From the NCBI GenBank assembly GCA_026129305.1, contig JAHCII010000001.1, positions 26,270 to 90,269 on the forward strand: a DNA stretch of 64,000 nt. The letters are read 5' to 3'. Below, one piece after another: positions 34,272 to 41,577 of this stretch. Below the pieces are notes generated by a model. The model was not told where the DNA came from. It was given only the letters and a program-made list of their open reading frames with translations, and ran no database searches. Made by a program: the position numbers and the translations under genes. Positions within the stretch are counted from its first letter, which is position 1. Every line of letters starts with the position of its first letter. Source of the DNA: Anaerolineales bacterium. GTDB taxonomy: Bacteria; Chloroflexota; Anaerolineae; Anaerolineales; UBA11579.

Positions 34272-34790
34272 CTACTCACCCTTCTTCGGCGCGCGGGCAA
34301 CATACAGGGCGCCGATCAGCGCCGCCAGGAGCAGAACCGAAGCCACTTCAAAGGGGATCACAAAGCCTTGCGGGGAGAGGAAAGCCACACCAATCTCCAC
34401 CAATTCATTCCAGCTGGCGGGCAAAGCAGGAGCCAGCGATGTGACCGCCGGCCATTGCCCCAGCATAATAATGAGGGCGAAGCCGAACAATGAGGAGAGC
34501 AGCATGCCCCAGCCGAAGACGCTGTTCATGGTGATTGCCTCGCCGGTCACGTCGCCACGCGTGAGCATGACGGCGAAGATCATTAAGATGGCGATGGCGC
34601 CGATGTAGACGATGATCTGCACCACCGCCAGGAAGCCGGCGTTCAGCAAGACGAACAGCACCGCCACACCGAACAGCACCAGGATCAGATACAGCGCCGC
34701 ATGCACCAGGTTGGAGCGCGTCACCATCATGAACCCGGAGAACAGGATGAGGAAGCCGATAAAAAGAAAGATGCCTTGTTCAACAGTCAT
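34272..34790 (-). CDS. nuoJ: NADH-quinone oxidoreductase subunit J
   Basis: 'VHAALYLILVLFGVAVLFVLLNAGFLAVVQIIVYIGAIAILMIFAVML' matches NuoJ. Confidence 0.9.
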   Translation of the reverse strand: MTVEQGIFLFIGFLILFSGFMMVTRSNLVHAALYLILVLFGVAVLFVLLNAGFLAVVQIIVYIGAIAILMIFAVMLTRGDVTGEAITMNSVFGWGMLLSSLFGFALIIMLGQWPAVTSLAPALPASWNELVEIGVAFLSPQGFVIPFEVASVLLLAALIGALYVARAPKKGE

Positions 34791-34816
34791 AAACCAAATT
34801 GCTCCTGGGCGGCTGC

Positions 34817-36004
34817 CTAAGCCGGCTTGGCCACCGGGCGTTTCTTGAACTTGACACGCTGTTTAGCCTGACGGCGGGTCATAGCCGAGCTAATCACGTA
34901 GCCGATCGCCAGCACCACCAGATTGGCGATGAGCAAGACCGGAATACGCAGCGCAGTTTCAGAGAAGATCTTGTCCAAAAAGGCGGTCAGGATCAGCAAA
35001 GCCAGCGCCACCGGGGTGAGGAACTTCCAGTTGAAGGCCAGCATGTGGTCGATACGGATGCGCGGCAGCGTGCTGCGCACCCACATAATGATGAAGTAGC
35101 CGAAGATGCTCTTGAGCATCAAATAGAAGAGACCCAGGATGGGGGCCTGCTCCGCCCACGGGCCGCGCCAACCGCCCAGGAAGAAGATCGCGAAGAGCAC
35201 GCCGACCGTGAAGGCATGCAGGAATTCGGCGGCGAAGAACAGGCCGAACTTCATGCCGGTGTATTCGGTGTGGTAGCCGGCCACGATCTCGGATTCGGCT
35301 TCCAGCAGGTCGAAGGGCGTGCGGCCCAGCTCGGCGATGGAAGAGATCAGGAAGACGACCGCCGCGGCGGGGGCCAGGAAAATGAACCAGGTGTCCTGGG
35401 CCGTGACCATGTGCACCATGCCCATGCCGCGGGCCAGCAGCACCGGCACCAGCATGGTCAGCAGCATGGGCACCTCATAGGAGATCAGCTGCGCCACAGC
35501 GCGGAAGGCGCCCAGCAGGGCGTACTTGTTGTTCGAGGACCAGCCCGCCATCAGCACCGAGAGGATGCCGAAAGAGCCGACCGCAGCGATGTAGAGCACG
35601 CCGACGTTCAGGTCGGTGCCGATCCAGCCGGGGGCAAAAGGCACCACCGCCCAGATGAGCAGCACCGCCACCATCGAAAGGATGGGGGCGATGTTGAAGA
35701 CCAGCCGGTCCGCCTTCTCAGGCACGACGTCTTCTTTAGTCAGGAGCTTGACGATGTCCGCCAGAGTCTGCAGCAGGCCGTAGGGGCCGGCGCGGTTGGG
35801 ACCCAAGCGGTCCTGAAAGCGGGCGGCCACCTTGCGCTCCACCCAGATAAGGAAGATGACCAGGATCAAGCCAAAGGAGGCGACCACGATCACACCCAGC
35901 AGGGTGTAGATGAAGGTCACCCAGGCCTCAGGCAGGTTGAGGCTGATCAGCAGGTCCAGGATCCATTGACCAATTACTGCGACGGGGTCTTGCCAAAACG
36001 ACAT
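34817..36004 (-). CDS. nuoH: NADH-quinone oxidoreductase subunit H
   Basis: 'ERKVAARFQDRLGPNRAGPYGLLQTLADIVKLLTKED' and 'PFDLLEAESEIVAGYHTEY' match NuoH. Confidence 0.95.
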   Translation of the reverse strand: MSFWQDPVAVIGQWILDLLISLNLPEAWVTFIYTLLGVIVVASFGLILVIFLIWVERKVAARFQDRLGPNRAGPYGLLQTLADIVKLLTKEDVVPEKADRLVFNIAPILSMVAVLLIWAVVPFAPGWIGTDLNVGVLYIAAVGSFGILSVLMAGWSSNNKYALLGAFRAVAQLISYEVPMLLTMLVPVLLARGMGMVHMVTAQDTWFIFLAPAAAVVFLISSIAELGRTPFDLLEAESEIVAGYHTEYTGMKFGLFFAAEFLHAFTVGVLFAIFFLGGWRGPWAEQAPILGLFYLMLKSIFGYFIIMWVRSTLPRIRIDHMLAFNWKFLTPVALALLILTAFLDKIFSETALRIPVLLIANLVVLAIGYVISSAMTRRQAKQRVKFKKRPVAKPA

Positions 36005-36072
36005 GTTTTTCTCGGCTCCTCAGGCAACAAAAAAGAAGGCCGGCAGATCAACACCAGCCTTCTTCCTGTGAA

Positions 36073-36429
36073 CTAAGTCCATTCCAGGGCGCCTTTGCGC
36101 CAAGCGTAAAACAGACCGCCAACCAGAATAAGAATAAAGATGATTCCCTCGACCACCGCGAAAAGCGGCAGCATATCGAAAGCCACGGCAAAGGGGAACA
36201 GGAAGGCGACTTCGATATCAAAGATCAGGAAGATGAGGGCGTAGATGTAGTACTGCACCTTAAACTGCACCCAAGTATCGCCCACGGTTTCCATGCCGCA
36301 CTCGTAGGTGTCCAGCTTGATGGCGTTGGGCTTGCTTGGCGCCAGGAATTTGGCGACCACGATGGGCAGCAGAGGAAAAACCGCCGCCATAGCGACAAAA
36401 ATTCCGATAAATATCCAAGTGTTTTGCAT
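36073..36429 (-). CDS. nuoA: NADH-quinone oxidoreductase subunit A
   Basis: '[38 protein letters not shown]' matches NuoA. ATG 36429 has AAGGAAG upstream. Confidence 0.93.
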   Translation of the reverse strand: MQNTWIFIGIFVAMAAVFPLLPIVVAKFLAPSKPNAIKLDTYECGMETVGDTWVQFKVQYYIYALIFLIFDIEVAFLFPFAVAFDMLPLFAVVEGIIFILILVGGLFYAWRKGALEWT

Positions 36430-36497
36430 AACTTCCTTATTTACCGCAAAGAGGCTTGGGATTTGAGGTGACGAACTCCGAAAAATAGACTTTGTGG

Positions 36498-36525
36498 ATT
36501 TTACCACAGGTTGCCGTTTGTGCAA
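36498..36525 (-). promoter_or_regulatory. Candidate promoter of the nuo membrane-arm operon
   Basis: Minus strand reads TTGCAC (36525-36520), 16 nt spacer, TGgTAAAAT (-10 at 36503-36498). Confidence 0.55.
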
Positions 36526-36816
36526 CTTTCCGCAAACGAAACTACGCAAAACTACGGAATTGCCGATGCCTGATCACCGCTGCTGATCTATTCGCACCGC
36601 CCCAATAAGATACCCGGGGGTCGGGGGTCCTTCGCTGCCCTCAAGATGAAGGACTGGGCAGGGACAGAGTGCAAGGTGGGCGACTGCAGGTCACTCCGCT
36701 GCGATCAGGAGGCACGGCTGGGCGGACAGGCGACAGATGCCGCCAGGCGCCCGCGGAATTGCCGAGCGTGATGAGCTACGCTATACTGACCTGACCACCC
36801 GAAAGAGGAGAATTCA

Positions 36817-38397
36817 ATGGCTGAAAGCAGTAAGTTTAGACTTACCTATGCCACCATGTTCGATCCCCCGGAAGAATTGCACACGGGGTACGAAAAGGCA
36901 GTGGAAACGATGCGCGCGGCCGCCGGGCAGGACCACCCGATGTGGATCGGCGGCCAGGACGTGTTCACCAGCAAGAAATCCGAAGACAGCTCGCCGATCG
37001 ACACCAGCCTGATGTTGGGCACTTTTCAGGACGGCGGCCCGGCCGAGGCCGAACTGGCCATGCAGGCCGCCAAGCAGGCCGCCAAGGACTGGGGCCGGCG
37101 GCCCTGGCAGGAACGCGTGGCCTTGGTGCGCAAAGCGGCCGAGATCATTGACCAGCGCGTCTACCAGATCGCGGCGGTGATCTCGCTGGAAGGTGGCAAG
37201 ACGCGCATGGAAGCCCTGGCCGACGCGGCCGAGACCTCTGATCTGATGCGCTATGCCTGCGACCAGATGGAAGCCAACAACGGCTTCATCGTAGAAATGG
37301 GCCAAGACCCGCTCAAAGGCTATCAGGCGCGCAACACCTCCAAGCTGCGTCCCTATGGCGTGTGGGTGGTGATCAGCCCGTTCAATTTCCCAGCGGCGCT
37401 GACCGGCGGCCCGATGGGCGCGGCGCTGATCGCCGGCAACACAGTCGTATATAAGCCGGCCGAAGTGACCCCGTGGACCTCGCGCCTGCTGGCCGAGTGT
37501 TTCCGGGATGCCGGCTTCCCGGACGGCGTGGTCAACTACGTCACCGGCCGCGGCTCCGTGATCGGCCAGGCGCTGATCGACAACCCACTGACCGACGGCG
37601 TGACCTTCACCGGCTCGGTGGATGTGGGCATGGGCATTTACCGCAGCTTCGCCGCCGGTCGCTACCCGCGGCCGACCATCCTGGAGATGGGCGGCAAGAA
37701 TCCGGCGGTGGTCTCGCGCAATGCGGACCTGGAGCGCGCCGTGCAGGGCCTGTACCGCTCGGCCTTCGGCAACCAAGGCCAGAAGTGCTCGGCAGCCTCA
37801 CGTATATATGTAGAAGAGCCGGTGTACGAGGAGTTGGTGGCCAAGCTGGCCGAAGTGACCCGCGGTCTGAATATCGGCGACCCGACCCGCAAAGAAGTCT
37901 TCCTCGGCCCGGTGGTCAACCAAAGCGCCTACGAGAGCTTCAAGGGCTATACCGAGGAGCTCTCCCAGGCCGGCGAGTTCGTCACCGGCGGCAAAGTGCT
38001 GACCGAGGGCGAGCTGGGCAAAGGCTACTTCTGCGAGCCGACCATCGCCGCCAACGTGCCGCTGGAGCACCGCCTGTGGAAGCACGAGATGTTCCTGCCG
38101 ATCACCATGGTGCACAAGATCAAGAACCTGGAAGAGGGCATGGCCCTGGCCAACGATGTCGACTTCGGCCTGACCGCCGGCTTTTACGGCGCGCCGGATG
38201 AAGCCGCCTGGTTCTTTGAGAACATCGAGGCCGGCGTGACCTACGCCAACCGGCCGCAGGGCGCCACCACCGGCGCCTGGCCCGGCTTCCAGCCGTTCGG
38301 CGGCTGGAAGGGCTCTGGCTCCACTGGCAAGAACGCCGGTGGCCACTACTACGTGCAGGAATACATGCGCGAGCAGGTCAATACGGTCATCGAGTAA
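36817..38397 (+). CDS. Aldehyde dehydrogenase family, 1-pyrroline-5-carboxylate (glutamate semialdehyde) dehydrogenase-like
   Basis: 'EMGGKNPAVV' carries the catalytic Glu and 'FGNQGQKCSAASR' the catalytic Cys. 'QPFGGWKGSGSTGKNAGG' also matches. Overall it resembles Thermus-type P5CDH. Confidence 0.8.
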   Translation: MAESSKFRLTYATMFDPPEELHTGYEKAVETMRAAAGQDHPMWIGGQDVFTSKKSEDSSPIDTSLMLGTFQDGGPAEAELAMQAAKQAAKDWGRRPWQERVALVRKAAEIIDQRVYQIAAVISLEGGKTRMEALADAAETSDLMRYACDQMEANNGFIVEMGQDPLKGYQARNTSKLRPYGVWVVISPFNFPAALTGGPMGAALIAGNTVVYKPAEVTPWTSRLLAECFRDAGFPDGVVNYVTGRGSVIGQALIDNPLTDGVTFTGSVDVGMGIYRSFAAGRYPRPTILEMGGKNPAVVSRNADLERAVQGLYRSAFGNQGQKCSAASRIYVEEPVYEELVAKLAEVTRGLNIGDPTRKEVFLGPVVNQSAYESFKGYTEELSQAGEFVTGGKVLTEGELGKGYFCEPTIAANVPLEHRLWKHEMFLPITMVHKIKNLEEGMALANDVDFGLTAGFYGAPDEAAWFFENIEAGVTYANRPQGATTGAWPGFQPFGGWKGSGSTGKNAGGHYYVQEYMREQVNTVIE

Positions 38398-38630
38398 TGC
38401 GACGCCTGGCGAAGTTCGCGCTGTGGTCTGGGCTGTTTGGTCTGTTCCTGACCTTCGCCGCCTACAGCGTGGGCCAGCTCCAACTGGAGATCGCCGGTGG
38501 CTCACTGGCGCTGCTGCTCTTCGCCTGGCTGATATTGCGCAAGCCGGAAAGGCCGTTCCAGGCGGAACGGCCTTTCCGCACCTTGCGCAAGCTGGGTCTG
38601 CTGGGCCGCCCTCACCACCCCGAAGATTAA
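38397..38630 (+). CDS. Possible small two-TM membrane protein (uncertain)
   Basis: Overlaps the upstream stop as TAATG. There are two hydrophobic helices, but the C-terminal half is encoded by a perfect 15-bp hairpin at 38545-38578. Confidence 0.35.
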   Translation: MRRLAKFALWSGLFGLFLTFAAYSVGQLQLEIAGGSLALLLFAWLILRKPERPFQAERPFRTLRKLGLLGRPHHPED

Positions 38631-38717
38631 GTGAAACTTAGCGCTGAGAAACCAACGGACGCGGGGGATATAATCTTGGCTTGAGAAACCCGGCCTGCGG
38701 GCCACCAAGGATATGCA

Positions 38718-39395
38718 ATGAACCGAAAACGCCTGTTGTTCATCATCCCCCTCAGCCTGTTGGCCTTGGCGCTCAGCGCCTGCGGCGGCAGCCCCAGCGC
38801 CGATTCATCTTCTCTGGTGCTGACCGAGGCCGCCTTGATCTATGAGCAAAGCCTGACGCAAACGGCTCAGGCCGCGCCGCCCACGGCCACCCCCACGGAA
38901 GTGCCGCCCACTGCGACCAATACCCCGGAACTGCCCACGCTCACCCCGACCGTGACCGGCACGCCGTCCACGGCTACACCACTGCCGACCCAACCACCGG
39001 CGAGTGGCGGCGGGGGCGGGGCCAGCTTGGGCTGCCTGCGCGCCGAGCTGACCTACGAAACCATCCCCGATGGCACCCAGATGGAGATCAGTCAAAGTTT
39101 CAGCAAGCGCTGGGTGCTGAAGAACGTGGGCACCTGCCCGTGGACTCCCGCCTTTGCCGCCATTTTTGTGGACGGCGAACTGATGGGCGCCGAATCGGTG
39201 CAGGGCTTTGAAGACTACATTGATAAAGATATCTACCCCGGCGAACGCATCGATATGAGCATCGCCATGCAGGCGCCCAACGAGCGCGGTACCTACCGCG
39301 GCTACTGGATGCTGCGCAGCGACTCCGGCACCATCTTTGGCCTGGGCCCGGACGGGCGCGGCTGGTTCTGGGTGGAGATCTTTGCCCAAGACTAG
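38718..39395 (+). CDS. Lipoprotein with a Pro/Thr linker and an Nbr1-FW-like C-terminal domain
   Basis: Lipobox 'LALSACG' and linker 'PPTATPTEVPPTATNTPELPTLTPT' are present. 'FSKRWVLKNVGTCPW...GTYRGYWMLRSDSG' matches the pattern. Confidence 0.65.
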   Translation: MNRKRLLFIIPLSLLALALSACGGSPSADSSSLVLTEAALIYEQSLTQTAQAAPPTATPTEVPPTATNTPELPTLTPTVTGTPSTATPLPTQPPASGGGGGASLGCLRAELTYETIPDGTQMEISQSFSKRWVLKNVGTCPWTPAFAAIFVDGELMGAESVQGFEDYIDKDIYPGERIDMSIAMQAPNERGTYRGYWMLRSDSGTIFGLGPDGRGWFWVEIFAQD

Positions 39396-39416
39396 GCTGT
39401 GATCGGTTGTGCAAAC

Positions 39417-39450
39417 AAAAACACTCGCCGGAGGTCGGCGAGTGTTTTTT
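39417..39450 (+). terminator. Rho-independent terminator
   Basis: AAAACACTCGCCG-gaggt-CGGCGAGTGTTTTTT. Confidence 0.9.
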
Positions 39451-39510
39451 AATCGCAAGACTTTCTATACCAGTGAGTATTACTCCATCTAGCAGGAACG
39501 TTATGAGAAC

Positions 39511-40530
39511 ATGAGCAATCCGAAAGAAATTCTGATCGCAGCCCCATTCAGCGCCGAGCAAATCGACGAGTTGCGCCAGATGGCGCCAGACTACCAGGTG
39601 CGCAACCTACCCAAGAGCGACAATCAGTCCATCCCCGAGGATACCTGGGAGCATGCCGAGGTACTGTATGCCACCCGCGCCCTGCCCACCCCGGAGCAGG
39701 CGCCCAACCTGAAGTGGATCCAGTTCCATGTGGCCGGGATCGACGCCTACTTGGGCGCGCCGATCATGGCCAGGGAAGGCCTGCAGGTCACCACGCTGAG
39801 CGGGGCCAACTCGCCCCAAGTCGCAGAGCATGCGCTGACCTTGCTGCTGGCGCTGGGTCACCGCCTGCCGGAAATGCTGGCAGACCAGGGCCGCAGCCAT
39901 TGGTCTGCGGAACGCCTGACGCGCTTTGTGCCCAGCGAACTGGCGGGCAGCACCGTGGGCATTGTGGGCTATGGCGCGGTGGGTCAGCGGCTGGCCCAGC
40001 TGCTGCAGCCCTTTGGCTGCACGCTGCTGGCCAGCCGCCGCGACCTGTTGAACGTAGACAAGGCCGGCTACCAAGCCGAGGGCACCGGCGACCCACAAGG
40101 GGAATTGCTGCGGCGCCTGTATCCCGGCAAGGCGATCCGCAGTTTATTGAAAGAATGTGACTTCGTAGTGGTGACTGTGCCGCTGACCGCCGAGACGCGC
40201 GGCTTGTTGGGCGCCAGGCAGCTGGAAGCGATGAAGCCCGGCGCGTTCCTGGTGGATGTCTCGCGCGGCGGCGTGGTGGACCACACCGCCCTGGCAGCCG
40301 CGCTGGACAAAGGTCAGTTGGCCGGCGCCGGCCTGGACGTTTTCCCCGAGGAACCCCTGCCGGCCGACAGCCCGCTGTGGGCCATGCCCAACGTGATCGT
40401 CTCTCCCCATGTGGCCGGGCTTAGCGCACACTACACGGCCCGCGCCTTCGAGCTATTCAAGCAAAACTTACAGCGCTACCTGGCTGGCGAGGAATTGATC
40501 AGCAGCGCAGACCTTGAACGGGGGTATTGA
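39511..40530 (+). CDS. D-isomer-specific 2-hydroxyacid dehydrogenase family (NAD-binding)
   Basis: 'VGIVGYGAVGQRLA', 'FLVDVSRGGVVD', 'NVIVSPHVAG' match the family. Confidence 0.85.
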   Translation: MSNPKEILIAAPFSAEQIDELRQMAPDYQVRNLPKSDNQSIPEDTWEHAEVLYATRALPTPEQAPNLKWIQFHVAGIDAYLGAPIMAREGLQVTTLSGANSPQVAEHALTLLLALGHRLPEMLADQGRSHWSAERLTRFVPSELAGSTVGIVGYGAVGQRLAQLLQPFGCTLLASRRDLLNVDKAGYQAEGTGDPQGELLRRLYPGKAIRSLLKECDFVVVTVPLTAETRGLLGARQLEAMKPGAFLVDVSRGGVVDHTALAAALDKGQLAGAGLDVFPEEPLPADSPLWAMPNVIVSPHVAGLSAHYTARAFELFKQNLQRYLAGEELISSADLERGY

Positions 40531-41273
40531 TGGTTTCAGAAATCAAGGCGGTCATCTTCGACCTGGGCGGCACCCTGATCTATAGCGATCAGGCATGGCC
40601 GGACCTGATGCAAACCGCCATGCAGGAATTGCTCAACTATTTGCAAGACCAGGGCCTCTCAATAAAAACAGATCGTTTTCTGAAGGAATTCGACGCGCGC
40701 CTGCAGGCTTATTACGTCCAGCGCGATGCGGAATTTGTGGAATACACCACCGCGCATGTTTTGCGCACCCTGCTGGCCGATATGGATCAACCCGCCCTGA
40801 CTGAAGTGCAGATGACTACCGCGCTGCGCCAGTTGTATGCCGTCTCTCAGGCGCATTGGCAGCCCGAAGAGGATGCCCTGCCCACGCTGGATCGGCTGCA
40901 GGCCACCGGCTGCCGCATGGGCATCATCTCCAACGCCAGCGACGACGCCGATGTGCAAACCCTGGTGGACAAGGCCGGTCTGCGCAGCTATATGGACTTC
41001 GTGCTCAGCTCGGCGGCCTGCGGCATCCGCAAACCCAACCCGCTGATCTTCCAGACCGGGCTGGACGAATGGGGCTTGGCCCCCGCCCAGGTGGCCATGG
41101 TGGGTGATACCTTAGGCGCCGACATTCTGGGGGCGCGCAATGCTGGCTTGTACAGCATCTGGATCACGCGGCGGGCCGACAAAGCGGCCAACCGCGACCA
41201 CGCCGATACCGTCCAGCCGGATGCGGTGATCGCCACGTTGGCTGAACTGCCCGGGCTGCTCAGCAACAGTTAA
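40527..41273 (+). CDS. HAD-superfamily hydrolase (subfamily IA)
   Basis: Motif I is 'VIFDLGGTL', motif II 'IISNAS', and motifs III/IV 'K.N...MVGDTLGADILGA'. The start overlaps the upstream stop as ATGA. Confidence 0.8.
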   Translation: MMVSEIKAVIFDLGGTLIYSDQAWPDLMQTAMQELLNYLQDQGLSIKTDRFLKEFDARLQAYYVQRDAEFVEYTTAHVLRTLLADMDQPALTEVQMTTALRQLYAVSQAHWQPEEDALPTLDRLQATGCRMGIISNASDDADVQTLVDKAGLRSYMDFVLSSAACGIRKPNPLIFQTGLDEWGLAPAQVAMVGDTLGADILGARNAGLYSIWITRRADKAANRDHADTVQPDAVIATLAELPGLLSNS

Positions 41274-41577
41274 CCTGCCTGCTTGGGCCCTGCTTAGACC
41301 GAGTCTATAGGTTCTTTAGGCTCTTTTTAGGGCGCTTAGATTAACAAATCTCAGGGATTCGGGGAATCTATGGCATAATTCCGCGAATTAAGCCCTATAA
41401 TGCTCATACTATGAAGGCCGCATCGTGTTACGGTGCGGTTCTGGTTGGTCTGGATTCTGACACTACACAGATAACCAGCAAGAGCGTTAGGTTTCCGAGG
41501 AGGTGATTTGCCGCAAGGAACATGTGACACAGATCTACCCCGACTATCCCACTTTCAAAGTTTACGGAGGAGAAAAT

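Noticed and set aside
27814-36076. Long plus-strand ORFs (641, 570, 370-antisense-frame and 425 aa) across the nuo operon
   Set aside because: All lie opposite or out of frame with clear NuoN/M/L/H genes. Their translations are His/Gln/Gly/Asp-rich with no membrane or enzyme motifs. They are high-GC frame artefacts.
36814-38505. 320-aa and 235-aa minus-strand ORFs opposite the P5C dehydrogenase gene
   Set aside because: The plus-strand aldehyde dehydrogenase has the catalytic Glu and Cys motifs. The antisense products have no motifs.
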